A stretch of 64,000 bases of DNA from Isurus oxyrinchus. Its lineage: Eukaryota. Location of the stretch: contig JANJGN010000006.1 in assembly GCA_026770705.1 (NCBI GenBank), positions 70,742,001-70,806,000 of the forward strand. Reading direction: 5' to 3'. Below the pieces are notes generated by a model. It made no database searches, had not been told where the DNA came from, and saw only the letters and a program-made list of their open reading frames with translations. The position numbers were made by a program, and so were the translations under genes. Each line of letters begins with the position of its first letter. Within the stretch, counting starts at the first letter, position 1. Shown piece by piece: positions 24,849 through 38,746 of this stretch.

Positions 24849-26876
24849 CTAATTTGCAAAGAATATTATATAATTGATGACTCCTTTGCCAAAAAAATTG
24901 TTAAATCAGTTATATGACAAAAACAATTCATCAGATTCAACATTCTTTTCAATCCAAGGACTATAACATGCTGAAAACTCACAGCAAACACCCAAGTGTA
25001 TCATGTTATTACACTTTTTACACAAAAATAGATTTTCTCTATGCAAAATCAATCTATTTATTGCATTATAACCAAATTGATCAAAAGTCGAGGCAAATAG
25101 CATTGATATATTTAAGGGGAATCTAGGTAAGGGTATGAAGGAGAAAGGAAGAGAAGGGTATGTTGATGGGGGTTAGATGAAGAATGGTGGGAGGAGCTTT
25201 GTGTGAAGCATAAACACTGTTGGGCCGCATAGCCCATTTTCTATGCCCTAAATACTTTGTAGCACTTAATTTTGACTAATGCAGTGTGCACAATAAAATA
25301 CTTCATTTAAAATAGAATTTATGCAGGATTGCTTCGCTATTAATATTGTTCCATCAAAAAAAATACATTCATATTTTGTGAATATATGGATGAAATTCAC
25401 TTGCTTAAGCCAAAGGTAAACAGATTATTAGAGGGAAATGGATAATGATGTGTGCTAAAATATTGTTCTCTCTTAGGGATTGAGCACGACCAAGATTGAT
25501 GGATGAAGGTACCTCTCTCTGGCAACTGCAGGGGACCTACCTGACATGAGCTTAAATCCAGTTCTAGTACTCAAAGTCCACTGCATAAAGCCACTCAAAA
25601 TTCTGGGCTGACTTGTCAATCTAAGTGAAGTGGGTTAGAATGGTTGCAAGTGCAGGAAATTGAAAGAATTAGTCTGGTGCAATAGGTGCTATTCTGCACT
25701 AAGTGATTCAAGGTGTATTATTGGGGCAGAGAGCTTTATTCAGCATCCCACCTGTAAGTAGTTAACACCAACACTGGGATCAAAAAGCAGAACTGTCTTC
25801 CATTTGAAGCACCACTATCTTTTGCTTAATAATTAAAAAGAAACAAAAATTATGCCAGTAACAGTCCCAAGCAGATTGGCTAATAATATGTGCTAATAAA
25901 TCCATGGATATAATTAAGAGCCAATTTCACAAACACGTGCTCCTGGCAGGGAGCTTCACCCACTCAGAATGCATATTGGGAAATTAAGGACCACTCCCCA
26001 AAATTGAATTACGATAAAAAGGGCAGAAAATATTGAATTTGTCATTTCTCAATATGTATTCCTAGCAGGCTGAACACTCTGATCTATAATCCTATTACTA
26101 ATTTCGATAGTTAACCGTTGCTGTTTTAACATATCCTCGTAAGTATAACAGAAATTGATACATTAAATTTGTCAGTTAAATTAAGAACTTCACAGAGAAA
26201 ATCTTGCTGTGTCTGCAATGGTCTTTGGTCAGCACTTCTCATTCTCATGCTACGTAAATGGCACAACAACGATTAAGACAACTAACCTGCATATGTTGGA
26301 ACTGCTGAATTTGTGACAATGAGTGGCTCTTGTGTAGCCAAAACGTTCATCCATTGGAGATGCAGCTTTCACAATGTAACCACAGCAATTCAGATAGCTC
26401 ATTACTTATATTTCAAGTTTTGTTTGTAAACACTATAATTGTATGAACACAACTGAACTGGTTATGGCAGTTACCTTAAAGTAATCAACTGTTAATCATG
26501 GGGGCATTTAACATCACTGAGATGACTGTGGATGAACGTGAAAGTAAAGCAATGTATGAGTAATATGTTTCTTAGCACAATACGTGAAGCAGAGTAGCAG
26601 GACAGATGTTTTATTAGATTGAGCATTTGGTCAGCCACAAACAATTAGTCACTTACTTCCAGACTAACAAATGTGTTTCTAGTGAAGTAAGATCCATTCT
26701 TCAGCATAGAATAGAACTTTCACAAGCACTATTGAGCAGCTGGCTGCTTGTCTGGCACACATCCCTGGCCAATCACCCATTAGCAAATTAGCTGAGGTGG
26801 ACTGGCAAAATACATTAAAAGGTATGATGGTACACAGACAATGGTTAGTCTTTAAAGTATTATTACATAGTTTACA

Positions 26877-28870
26877 GCAACTATTCATTCCTTCAAGGTA
26901 CAAAAACGAAAAAAAGTCAATCAACTGTGGCTAACAAAGGAAGTTAAAGATTGTACGAAATTAGAAGAAAAGGCCTATAAAATTGCTAAAATAGGCGTAA
27001 ACCTGATGCTTCGGAGCTTTTTAGAATACAGAAAAGGAGGACCAAGAAACTGATACAGCAAGGGAGAATAGAATATGAATGTAAACTAGCAAAAAGCATA
27101 AAAACAGACTGTAAAAGTTTTTAGAGGTATGTAAAAAGGAAACCTTTGGTTAAGAAATTTAAGTCCATTACAGTTAGAGTCAGGAGCATTTATAATGGGG
27201 AACAGAGAAATGGCAGACAAGTTAAATGATTACCTCATGTGTCTTTACTGAGGAAGATACAAGAAATCTCCCAGAATTAGAGTAGACCTTCTACTCCAAG
27301 GGACTGGGGAGAATGAGGAATTGAAGGAAATTAGTATGAGTAAGAAGGTTGTATTGGAGAAATTAATAGAACTGAAGGTTATTAAGCCCCCAGGACCTGA
27401 TATTCCACATCCCAGAGTGTTGAAAAAGTAGCTTTTGTGGATAGTGGATAAATTGATGATCATCTTCCAAAATTCTATAGATTCTGGAATGGTTCCTGAA
27501 GATTGGATGGTAGCAAATGTCACCCCACTATTTAAAAAGGGAGGGAGAGAGAAAATAGGGAACTACAGGTCTGTTAGCCTTATATCAGTAGCAGAAAAAA
27601 TGCTAGAATCTATTCTCAAGGGTGTGATAAATGGATGTTTGGATAATCATGATCTGATTGACCATAGTCAGCATGGATTTATGAATGGGAAATCATGCAT
27701 GATGAATTTGTTGGACTTTCTTGAGAATGTTGCTAACAGAATTGATAAAGTGAAGTCAGTGGATGTAGTATGCTTGGATTTTCAGAAGGCTTTTGATAAA
27801 GTCCCCCACAGAAAGTTGATTAACAAAATTAAAGCACATGGGATGGGAGGTAATATACTGGCATGGATTAAGGATTGGTTAACAGGCAGAAAACAGAGGG
27901 TAGGAATAAATGGGTCATTCTTGTATTGGCAGGTTGTGATTAGTGGGGTACTGCAAGGATCAGTACTCTGGCCCCAGCTGTTCACAATATATATCAGTGA
28001 TTTGAACATGGGGACCAAATGTAATATTTCCAAGTTTGCAGGTGACAGAAAGTTAAGTGGGAAAGAATATGGCAAATGGAATATGATGTGGAAAAATGTG
28101 AGGTTATGCACTTTGGTAGGAGGAACAGATGTGCAGAGTATTTCTTAAATAGTAAGGGATTAGAAAGTGTAGATGTATAAAGGGATCTGGGTGTCCTCTT
28201 CAATAAGTCACTGAAAGCTAACATACACGTGTTAGCCTTTATCGCAAGAGGATTTGAGTACAGGAGTAACGAAGTCTTGCTTCAATTGTGTAGAACCTTG
28301 GTTAGACCACACCTTGAGTACTGCAGTGTGCAGTTTTGGTCCCCTTACCTTAGGAAGGACATTATTGCCACAGAGAGAGCGCAACAAAAGTTCACCAGGC
28401 TTGTTCCCAGGATGGCAGGACTGTGCTATGAAGAGAGATTAGGGAAACTGGGCCTGTATTCTCAGAGTTCTGAAGAATGAGATTTGACCTCATCGAAACC
28501 TAAAAAATACTTAAAGGGATAGACAGGGTAGATGCAGGTAAGGTGTTTCCCCTGGTTGGGGAGTCTAGAACCAGAGGACACAATTTCAAAATAAGGGAGA
28601 AGTCACTTAGGACTGAGATGAGGAGAATTTTTTTTTGTTTTACTCAGAGGGATGTGAATCTTTGGAATTTTCTACCCAAGAGGGCTGTAGAAGCTCAGTC
28701 ATCGAGTATGTTTAAAGCAGGGATTGACAGATTTCTAAATACCATGAATAAAGGGATATGGGGATAATGTAGGAAAAAGGCATTGAAGTGGATGATCAAC
28801 CATGATCATACTGGATGGTGGTGCAGGCTCGATGGGCTGATTGGCCTACTCCTGCTTCTATGTTCCTATG
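26877..28870 (+). mobile_element. CR1 LINE, 5'-truncated, RT and 3' UTR
   Basis: ORF 27435..28148 has VPEDWMVANVTPLFKKG, QHGF, LDFQKAFDKVPH and GVLQGSVL. Tail ctatgttcctatg. Confidence 0.93.
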
Positions 28871-29229
28871 TCTATTTGTGTCTTAGAAACATTGTCCATT
28901 TTACGTCCTAACAAAAACAGCAAGCAAGACAAAGACTACGATAACTGAAAATAGAAATTCAAAACAAGATTAGATAGTTATTGTAGATTTCATTATGCAA
29001 CCACTGCCTAACAGTCATTTAACAAACGCATGGCAGCTGATGTGAGCCCAAATGGGAGCAGGAATTTAACACTATTAACACACTGATCCTCAAGGATTTT
29101 GCATCTTGAACCTTTTGAACGTGAAAAAAGGCCCTGGCCTGGAGGTTCAGTGAAGGGAAAAATATTTCTATAATTTTACACTACAAAACAATGGATGAAG
29201 TTTCCATTTTGTCAGGCCTGATGCTCACT

Positions 29230-29633
29230 TTCTCATCTTGAGTTTTATCCGTCCTCGTTCCGAGGGTCGGCTGCACTATGAACAACTTTTCTCCACTGAT
29301 TTCTATTTTCTGCTGCCCTCACTGCCTGTCCCATAGAAAGGCCGGTCCCCATTTTGATATTATCCATCCATGTCATCTTGGGTCTTCCTTGTGCACATTT
29401 TCCAGGTATTTTCCTTGCATTACCTCTTTTTCCAAACACCCTCCTTCTGTTTGCATCATGTGTCCAAAATATGAGAGCTTCTTTGATATCACTGCCTCAA
29501 ACAAGTTCCTCTTAACATCAGCTTCCTTGAGCAACCACTTGTTTGTCCGTTTGGCCGTCCATGATACACGTAATATTCGTCTGAGTCTTTTTATTTCAAA
29601 TGTTCTTTTTCGAGCCTCGTCACTCAAGAGCAC
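29230..29633 (-). mobile_element. RTE-clade (BovB-like) LINE 3' fragment
   Basis: FEIKRLRRILRVSWTAKRTN..KLSYFGHMM..LEKEVMQGK..GRPKMTWMDNIK..WRKVVH, the typical RTE C-terminal region. Confidence 0.85.
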
Positions 29634-29639
29634 ATCGTT

Positions 29640-30527
29640 GAACTAGTGCGACACTCTTCAAGCCTCTGCAGCCAGCGTGAGCTTGCGTGACAGAAAGCTG
29701 ACCTGACTGACTGTGCTTTCACTGCAGCATTCGGATATTGGCTGCTGTTCATGCTACAATGGCAGCTACAACATCAGCCATCAGATACCGCATCGTAGTT
29801 GGTCCCACAAGGTGCGAGCAGTGTTGGCCACCACTTCCATGCTGGACAGGATGGGCTTCAAGTTCTGCACAAAACCCTGTGCCAAGTTGGTGCTATACAC
29901 TTCGAAGCTCTGTCGCTTTGAACAGAGGTTTCTGGCAGTTTTTCCAATGCACTAAACGGTTCATTGCACAAACTCTTTGATAGAGCACCCCAAAGTGTTC
30001 ACCTGAGGCCTCTGCAGCAGAACCCATTGTAACTTCGCGCTCTGTTGAGCTGGCACCTGTGCTACTCTTACCCTGGCTGCAGGTCACCTGTGCTTGATAT
30101 CTCACCATATGCAAAATCCATTTCTATGCTTCCTTTAAATTATGCATACTGTCTGAGCAAGTATGAAATCAAATGATAGTGTGTCAGTATCATCATTCAC
30201 TTTTGAATTTCCTTCACTGCCTGGCCAAATAAGCTGCACCTCTTAGGTATCTAAAAGGAAAATGGTACAAATGTCATGGTGTAGGGAGGTGGGGAAATAA
30301 GAGGTGCATGCTTACACCATCAGCAGCTAGTAAATCAGAAGAGAGTGCGGGATAACGGTGAAGTGGGATGTGAGGATGAGCGTTAGATATGATGATATCG
30401 TTGCCTATGTCTCAACCTCAGCTGTCTCAATAATGTCCAACACTATCTCCTCCATGGGGGTTAGAGCATGCCGATGCACCTGTGCCTTCCAGGTAGCTCC
30501 TGCTACCACCAGATGTATGCTGCCTTG
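29640..30527 (-). pseudogene. Harbinger 2 Myb/SANT gene, downstream exons (remnant)
   Basis: Minus-strand STNLAQGFVQNLKPILSSMEVVAN and LTPMEEIVLDII. Organisation parallels exons 2-3 of the Harbinger 1 accessory gene. Confidence 0.55.
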
Positions 30528-31061
30528 TGACATAATCATCAAACTCATATTAATATTTTAGACGTAATTTTTAGTTTTGGGAAGATTGGAGTTGTAAAGG
30601 TAAAGTAATTACAATCGTAGACTCTAGAAATTGCCAGAACACATTTAAGGGCCCCAAGAAATCTCACACCTCGGAGGATAACAGGAACATAGAGGAGAAT
30701 TGAAGTGAATTCCTGAGAGCTGCAGCACTCCAGTTTGGTCCCAGGAAGTGAAGGAGCCTTCAAGAACCTGGTAAGCAGCCAAGGGCTTTCTGGGGGAGGG
30801 TGGGGCGTGGGGGAGTAGTCATAAGAGCAAAAGAGGAGATGCAGTTGAGAATTTGAGTGTAAAGAACATGCGATTGTGTCTTATTGTACTTTTCAATGTA
30901 ATATTTCTTGTAAAGTAAAATGCACTTGTTTAAATCATGGAATCTTGCGACATAATTTCTTTCAGTTGATCACTGTGACCTGAATTTTTGAACAGAGAGC
31001 TTCTCCATCATTACGAAAATGACAGTGGAGATCCTAATCAATAAGTCTTGCTCCCAAACAT

Positions 31062-31341
31062 GGCACTTAACATTTTCGCAGGGGGTGAGAAGAGGGAATG
31101 GGTGTGCATTCTAAGTTGTACAGCCATGATCCACAGAGGCAACCCACACACGTTAAAGTGCACCTGCCCTGGGCTGATCTGATTTATGTTAGTAGGATGT
31201 CTGAAGCACAACTTATGCTCTTTAGACCTGGTAGGAGAAATTCTAAAGCTGCTGGAGTTCTTTGGCGAGGGAGAGTACCCTTTTGGAAAGGGAACGTATC
31301 CTTTTGAATGTGGTTCCAGGACACCTTTTGCTGGGATTGAT

Positions 31342-31381
<40 letters not shown>

Positions 31382-32300
31382 GGGGGGGGGGGGGGGGTGG
31401 GAGGTAGTCAGGCGCTCTTTGGGATTTTTGAAAGTAGACATGAATGTGCATACAAAGTGCACAAACTCATTATGTCAAACTCATTGGAACTATCAAGAGA
31501 ACTGTCGAAATGCCTGTCAAAAGGAACTGACTGTCAAGAGAGCTGTCAGAGCTGTAAACCTGTAAATGCATTTTAAAACTCCTGCCCTTTAAATATTTGA
31601 AAAAAAAACTATCTGGAGTGTTTAAAAGTGCTTGCTATTTCACTCTTTTTGTTGACATAAGCCTGAAGGATATCACTATAGAATTAGTGTTGCATGACAA
31701 CCTTTCATTATCACAGAGGGGGTGCCTGTCAGTTCAGTTTTATTGACAGCTCCAAATGGTTATAAACCCTTCAAATGGGTCCATGAATTCCAATGATTGT
31801 TTTTATAGGGGATTAAAGGAAGTTGAATGCACTGATTGGATTTTATCAATGAGATTGGCTTTCTTTGAAATAGTGAATTAATCAATAGACACTTAGATGT
31901 GTTGGCTTGGTGGGTGTAGGGACATAGGGTTGGCAAAGGGGCTATAAAGGGTCATGTGGGGGGTGGACAGAGGGGCATAGGTTGAAATGAAGGGTATGAA
32001 GCACGATAGGTGAGTGGGGGTATGAGGTGGCATAGCTTGGCATGGATGGGTCATGGTGTGTGTGTGAGGGTGAGGGGTGGAAGATTGTTTTTCTGTTTAT
32101 TGTTTCTTTTCATTGCTTCAACAAACTGCTGGTATACTGAAGCAGGCCTTCCACTCAGCCTGCCTCCAACCTGTTTCCGGGATCATTCACACTGACTCCC
32201 ATAAAACTCGGCCCCCTGCCTAGAACGAAAATCCAAAATGCCAGGGCACTTTTTACAGGGACGGTTTGCAGAGCCAGGGATTGTCTCAGCCAGTCAGTAT
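31062..32300. mobile_element. Long non-autonomous Harbinger-type element (right end probably at 34397-34427)
   Basis: GC-rich ends resemble the other MITE termini. Candidate right terminus gggagcaaaaagtcaggc lies after the nested CR1. Confidence 0.4.
31343..31397. repeat. (GT)17 microsatellite followed by a G17 run
   Basis: Read directly from the sequence. Confidence 0.95.
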
Positions 32301-33032
32301 AAATGCAAAATACTGCAGATACAAGAAATTTACATAAAAACAGAAAATGCTGGAAAAACTCATCATGTTGGGCATCATCTGTGGAGACAGAAACAGAGTT
32401 AATGTTTTGAGTCCATATGACTTCTTCAAAGCTAAAGAGAGATCGAAATGTGATGGATTTTATACTGTTTAAGAGGGGGGTGGAGCAGCTGGAGCAAAAT
32501 AGAAGGTCAGGAATAGGTGGGAGCTGAGGAGAGATTTGACAAAGATACCATGGACACAAGACAAAGGGAGTATTGGTGGTAGCATTAAAGGCTAAAGAAG
32601 GTGCTGATAGTGGCATAAAGGCAAGATAGCAGAACGTGTTAATAGCAGAACAAGGGCCAGTGCTCTGTGAAGGCAAAACGTAAGCACAAATGACAGATGG
32701 CCTTGTGGGGGGTGGGAGTGGTGTCGGTGGGGTGGGTTGGGACAAAAAACTTGGATTAAAAAAAGTCAAGATGGAGGACAGTGTTCATGTTCTGAAGTTG
32801 CTAAACTCAGTGTTAAGTCCAGAAAGCTGTAAAGTGCCTCATCGGAAGATCAGTTGCTGTTCCTCCAGTTTGTGTTGGGCTTCACTGGAACATTGTAGTA
32901 GACCAAGGCTGGACATGTGGGCACGAGAGCAAGATGGTGAACCGAAATGGCAAGCAACAGGAAGATCTGAATCATGCTTGCGGGATGAGCGAAAGTGTTC
33001 TGCAAAACAATCACCCAGCCTGTGTTTAGTCG
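32301..33032 (-). mobile_element. Penelope-like element (Neptune-type), 3' part
   Basis: Reverse complement is similar to 2600-3195 (RLGDCFAEH region and terminal repeat). Confidence 0.85.
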
Positions 33033-33049
33033 TCCCTTAACTTCGACAT

Positions 33050-34396
33050 TTGAGGAAGCATCTAGAAACAATAATCTGGGGCAAAATTAATAGTCAAGTG
33101 AGTGAATGCAGGTTAATTAAGGAATGCCAGCATGAATTTCTTAACGGAAAATCTTGTTTTACTAACTTGTTGGAATTTTTTTGAAGTGATAACAGGGAAG
33201 GTTGATGAGAACAATGTTGTTGATGTGGTGTACATGGACTTACAAAAGGCATTTGATACAATACTACACAACAGACTTGCGAACGTTTATAGCTCATGGA
33301 ATTAAAGATAAATTAGCAATATGCATACAAAATTGACTGAGTGACAGGAAACAGAGTAGTGGTTAATGGATGTTTATCAGGCTAGGGGAAGGCTTGTAGT
33401 AGAGCTCCCTAGGGGTCAGTGTTGGGAACTTTGCATTTCATAATTAATATTAATGACCTAGACATTGGTGTACAAGGCACAATTTCAAAGGTTGCAGGTA
33501 ATACTAAACTGGGGAGCATTGTGAACCGTGAGAGGTTACTGTATAACTTCAAAAGGACATAGACAAGTTGGTGGAATGGGCAGATAGGTAGCATATGAAG
33601 TTCAACATGGAGAAATGTGAAAGTGATTGATTTTGGTAGAAAGGACATGGAGAGACAATATAAAATAAAGAGTACAATTCTGAAGAGGGTGCAGGAGCAG
33701 AGGGGTGTGGGTGTGTACATACATAATTCTGTGAAGGTGGCAGGACAAGAAAAGAGCACGGTTAATAAAACATACAGTATCTTAGGCTTAGGGGCATAGA
33801 GTACAAGAGCAAGGAGGTTGGGTTGAACTTGTGTAAGACACCAGTTTGGCCTCAGCTGGAGTATTGCGTTCAGTTCTGGGTGCCACACTTTAGGAAGGAC
33901 GTGAAGGCACTGTAGAGAGTTCAGAAAAAAATCATGAGAATGGTTGCAGGGATAAAGAACTTCAGTTATGAAGGTAGATTTGGAGAAGTTAAGATTGTTT
34001 TTCTTGGAAAAAGAAGGCTGAGAGGAGATTTGATAAAGGTATTCAAAATCTTGACGGGTCTGGACAGAGTAGATAAGGAGAAACTGTTCCCACTTGTGAA
34101 AGGATCGAGAACAAGACAGCACAGATTTAAAGTAACTGGCGAAAGAAGCAAAAGCAATCCAAGAAAAAACATTTTCACACAGTGAGTGGTTAAGTTCTGG
34201 AATGCAATGTCTGAGAATGTGGTGGAGGTAGGTTCAATGAAGCATTCAGAAGGAAATTAGACTGTTATCTGAAAAGGAAGAAAATGTAGGGTTACGGGGA
34301 AAAGGCGAGAGAATAGCACCAAGTGAATTGCTCTTTTCGAGAGCAGGTGCAGACATGATGGGCTGAATGGCCTCCTTCTGCACCGTAACAATTCTG
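33050..34396 (+). mobile_element. CR1 LINE, 5'-truncated
   Basis: RT remnants (cagcatgaattt, caaaaggcatttgata, cctcagctggagtattg) and 3' end gggctgaatggcctccttctg. Confidence 0.9.
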
Positions 34397-34484
34397 CACT
34401 CCTGACCTGGGAGCAAAAAGTCAGGCATGGGTGTTCAAATTTCTCTTTAAACATTTAAGTGCCACTATGAGATTATAACACTTG

Positions 34485-34757
34485 TCTTGTAAATGAGAAG
34501 GAAGTGTTGTACAGTCAGTTTGGCAGATGTGGCTGTCATGGTTGAATAGCCAACAGTGTGTGCAACCTTTGAGATATAGATGTGAGGATTGCAACAGTAG
34601 TAGGTATGTAATAGTAGGAAGTAAATAAATGTTTGGTACGATTGATAAAAATTGTTGGTAGATGAGTGATGGGGGTGTGGTGATTTAAATTGTGGCTGAG
34701 ACTACAATTGGTTGTAGGATATGGCTATTGAAGATGCATCCACTGATCTTGACCATG
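34485..34757 (-). mobile_element. Harbinger 2 accessory-gene intron and exon edge
   Basis: Lies between the LTR TSD and the CR1 start. Minus strand reads GTC AAG followed by a mutated donor (atcagt), continuing the KKFNHLTR exon at 46264. Confidence 0.45.
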
Positions 34758-35160
34758 TTTTCAGAGGCTAGGTTCAGAGAGTATAAAAGTAGGCTATCTT
34801 ATATTGCTGACTTTGCCTGCACTGAAGTGCTGTTTTGGGGCTGCAGTAGAGTGCTTAGGTTGGAGTTTGGTGACTGAGAGAATTTAAGGGTTAAGTTCTA
34901 AAGTCTAGTCTTTCTTTAATTTAACAACTAACTAAAAGTTGCTGTTAGGGTTGGAAAGAAGGGAGCTATTGTGCAGCCTTAAATCAGGGCTCATACAGGC
35001 TATGCTTGTAGCTGCAACTAGTTAATTAGATCATTGGCTTCATCATGTTTTCAGAGGCTAGGTTCAGAGAGTATAAAAGTGGTCTATCTTTGTCTGGACT
35101 GAAATGATGTTTTGGGGCTATAGTAGAATGCTTCAGTTGGAGTTAGGTGATTGACGGAGG
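34754..35160 (+). repeat. Two tandem copies (period 290 bp) at the CR1 5' end, each with TATAAAAG
   Basis: catgttttcagaggctaggttcagagagtataaaagt occurs at 34754 and 35044. Confidence 0.85.
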
Positions 35161-37620
35161 AGGTGCTCCACTTCTACCTTTCTTCAGAAAGAAGAGTGGC
35201 GGCCTTGGTAAGTATGACCTGGTGAGTAAATTAGAAAAGTGTAATATTTTTAAACAAGTAGTTATACTTGGATTTAACTGAAGTGCCAATATAATAAAGT
35301 AATATAAATAATCCAAAGTAGATTAAAGTTAACGTAAGGGAAGTAGAGTTAAGACATGGCAGGGAAGCTCAGTCAAATGAGTGTCTTGTAATGTGTGCAA
35401 AGTCATGGATGCTATCAGAGTGCTAGATGACCACATGTGCAGGAAGTGCTGCCAACTGCAGAAACTTGACCTCTGGGTTTCAGAGCTCGAGTGGTGGCTG
35501 CAGTCATTGTGGCACATCTGTGAGGCTGAAAGCTATGTGGATAGCATGTTCAGAGTTGGTCACACTGCAACTTAAGGGCCTGGAGATAGAGAGGGAATGG
35601 GTGACCATCAGGAAGTAGGCAAGTAGCGCACGAGTGCCTTGGGGTCCTGCTCAGAAATCGGGTTTCTGTTTTCGAAGCTGGTGAGGGCGCTGGTTCTTCA
35701 GAAGTGCAGTTAGAGCCAAGTTTGTAGCATCATGAATGGCTCGGCTGTTCAGGACAGGAGGAAGAACAATAGTGATAGGGGATTCATTGGTTAGGGGAGC
35801 AGACAGGTGTTTGTGGCCGTAGACGTGACCCCGGGATGGTATGTTGCCTCCCCAGTGCTAGGGTCAAGGATGTCAGATTGGCTGCAGGACATTCTGGGGG
35901 AGAGTGAACAGCCAGAGGTCGTGGTCCACACTGGGACTAATGACTTGGATAGGAAGGGGGATGTGGTCCTGCAATCAGAATTTAGGGAGCTAGGTAGAAG
36001 ATTAGCAAGCAGGACCTCAAATGTAGTAATCTCTGGATTACATTCAGTGCCACCTGCCAGAGTACGAAATAGGAGGATAAGGCATGCGAATGTGTGGCTG
36101 GAAAGATGGTGCAGGAGGGAGAGCTTTAGATTCCTGGGACACTGGGACTGGCTCTGGGGAAGGTGGCTCCTGTACAAGCTGGATGGATTGCACCTGAACA
36201 GAGTCTGGGACTGAGTTCCTTACAGGGGCCTTTTGCTAGTGCTATTAGAAGGGCTTTAAACTCGGCAGGGGTATGGAACGAAGAGAAAATACTAGTAGAA
36301 TACCTGGGTGCACAAAAGACTGGAAGGGACAGATAACACCAGTATAGAGGATAGTGAATTAATAGTTGAAGTCAAGGTGAAGGAGAAAGTAACAAAATCT
36401 AAATTGTGTGTGTGAATGCACAGGGGATAGTAAATAAGATAGGAGAGTTACAGGTGCAGATTGCCACATGGAAATACGATGATGAGGTGATAACTGAGAC
36501 CTGACTCGAGGAAGGGCAGAACTGGGTGTTAAATATTCCTGGATACAAGGTCTTTAGAAAAGATAGGAAAGGAGGAGCGGTGGCGGCATTGTTTAAGGAG
36601 AGCATTGCATTGCAGTGCTGGAGAAAGAGGGTGTCCCAGAGGGTTCAAGGACAGAATCAATTTGGCTAGAGCTAAGGAACAAAAAGGGAGTAATTACATT
36701 GCTCAGTGAGAAGGACGTAGAAGAACAAATCTGCAAGGAAGCTAGAGATGCAAGCATTTATAGAGGAATTATAATAGGTGACTTTAAGTACCCAAATGTA
36801 GACCGGGACAATGGTAATGTAAAGGGTGGAGAAGGGCAAAAGTTCCTCGATTGTGTTCAGGAAAGTTTTCTGCAGCACTACGTGTCCAAACCAACAAGAA
36901 AAGATGCACTGTTGGATCTGGTTCTTGGAAATGAGGTGGGCTAAGTATGTGTCAGTGGGGGAACATTTAGCAGACAGTGATCATTGTATTGTACATTTTT
37001 GGATGATGATCAAAAAGGACAATAGGCAATCCAGAGTAAGAACAATTAGTGTCCCTAATTTGTCCTGAATTTTGTGTGGAGGACATACCTGAGCAATTTT
37101 CCACATAGCCAGGCTGAGGCCAGTGTTGTAGCTATACTGGAACAGCTTGGCTAGGGGCACAGCAAGTTCTGGAGCACAAGCCTTCAATGCTATTGCCGGA
37201 ATATTGTCAGGGGCCTGTAGCCTTGGCACTACCTAGTGCCTTCAGCTATTTCTTTATCTTGAACCAAATTGGCGGAAGAGTGGCATCTGTGATGCTGGGG
37301 GCCTCTGGAGGAGGCTGAGATGGATCATCCACTCGGCACATCTGGCTGAAGGTTGTAGCAAATGCTTCAGACTTGTCTTTTGCACTGATATGCCGGGCCC
37401 CCCAATCATTGAGAATGAGGATATTTGTGGAGCCTCCTCCAGTGAGTTGTTTAATAGTCCACCACCATTCACAAATGGATGTGGCAGAACTGCAGAACTT
37501 AGATCAGATGTGTTTGTTGTGGGATTGCTTAGCTCTATTACCTGCTGCTTATGCTGTTTGGCTCGCATGTAGTCCTGTTTTACAGCTTCACCAAGTTGAC
37601 ACCTCATTTTTAGGCATGCC

Positions 37621-38502
37621 TATTATGGCACTGCTGATGGTAAATGCTGAGTTGTTCAAATTGCAAAGGGAAACTTGAAACAACTGCCACAAGTTATTTT
37701 GCAGTTTGGATAAATTGAGATGCATGCCTTGAATTCAGGAGCAATAAGACCACCAAGATTTATAGGTTTTTACAAAATTAGAATAAACATTTATTAATAA
37801 GAAATGATTTTAAAAAACATAAATCTACTAATTACTACTATGATAACTTCTAAATCCCCTAATCAATCTAACTCCCAGTTACACTTTTGTTAAGGCAGCA
37901 GTAAGAGACACAGATTTTAAGAGACCCAGGCAAAGTAAACAATGCCCTGAACAGTCAGATTCAAAGTGAGTTCTCTTAATTTCAGTCCCTGGAGGCAGCA
38001 GTTTGGTACATACAGGCTGCAGGCTTTTCACGCTTGTTGGATCTTAAACTTCCTCCCTTACAAACAGTCTTCTCTCCTTTTTACAAATTTTTCTCTTTGA
38101 ATGCAAATTTTCATTGTTTCACTGCCTTTTGAATTTTACCCCTCTCCTAATAAAAAATATACCATAGTACTAATTCCACCAGTAATCTTTGGGGAAAAAT
38201 AAACACTATTTCTTACCACTTCTGCTGACTGTGTATACATTACACCCCCCCACCCTTCCTTTGAATTCAAGCCACTATAGTTTGTTTAAAAATGCAAATG
38301 TTCCCTTAATACTTCACATTCTCAAACTTCCCATGTTTACCTAATATATATTTCAAACCTAACTTTTCTTCTTACATCAAAGTACCCAGACTGGCTGCCT
38401 CTAATTCAATTAACTCTCAAGAAGACACACAGACATCCCACTATTACTCTGCTTTACAATAATTTCCATAACATTATTGGAATTTATTATATCCCCCTGA
38501 CA
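37621..38502. mobile_element. Solo LTR (882 bp) with 5-bp TSD ATGCC
   Basis: Ends tattat / ctgaca. atgcc at 37616-37620 and 38503-38507; removing the insert restores the host LINE. Confidence 0.8.
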
Positions 38503-38746
38503 ATGCCTGGTGCTGCTCCTGGCATGCCCTCCTGCACTCTTCTTTGAACCAGGGTTGATCCCCTGGCTTGATGGTAATGGTAGATTGGGAGATATGCCAG
38601 GCCATGAGGTTACCGGTTGTGTTTGAGTACAATTCTGCTTTTGCTGATGGCCCACAGCGCCTCATGGATGCCCAGTCTTGAGTTGCAAGTTCTGTTCAAA
38701 ATCTCTCATTTATCATAGTGGTAGTGCTAAACAACACATTGGAGGG

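Larger units (their letters stand above)
30528..34480. mobile_element. LTR-like element, interrupted by a MITE, a Penelope and a CR1
   Basis: Ends TGACATAATC / GATTATAACA (imperfect inverted repeat), with cttg at 30524-30527 and 34481-34484. Confidence 0.5.

Noticed and set aside
26190-26876. Left end and transposase remnant of Harbinger 2
   Set aside because: Only a faint TIEQ-like word; no recognisable terminal repeat or TSD.
31038-31576. Overlapping ORFs with HT, CV and poly-P/G repeats (also 42489-42730)
   Set aside because: Translation artefacts of the (GT)n and poly-G tracts.
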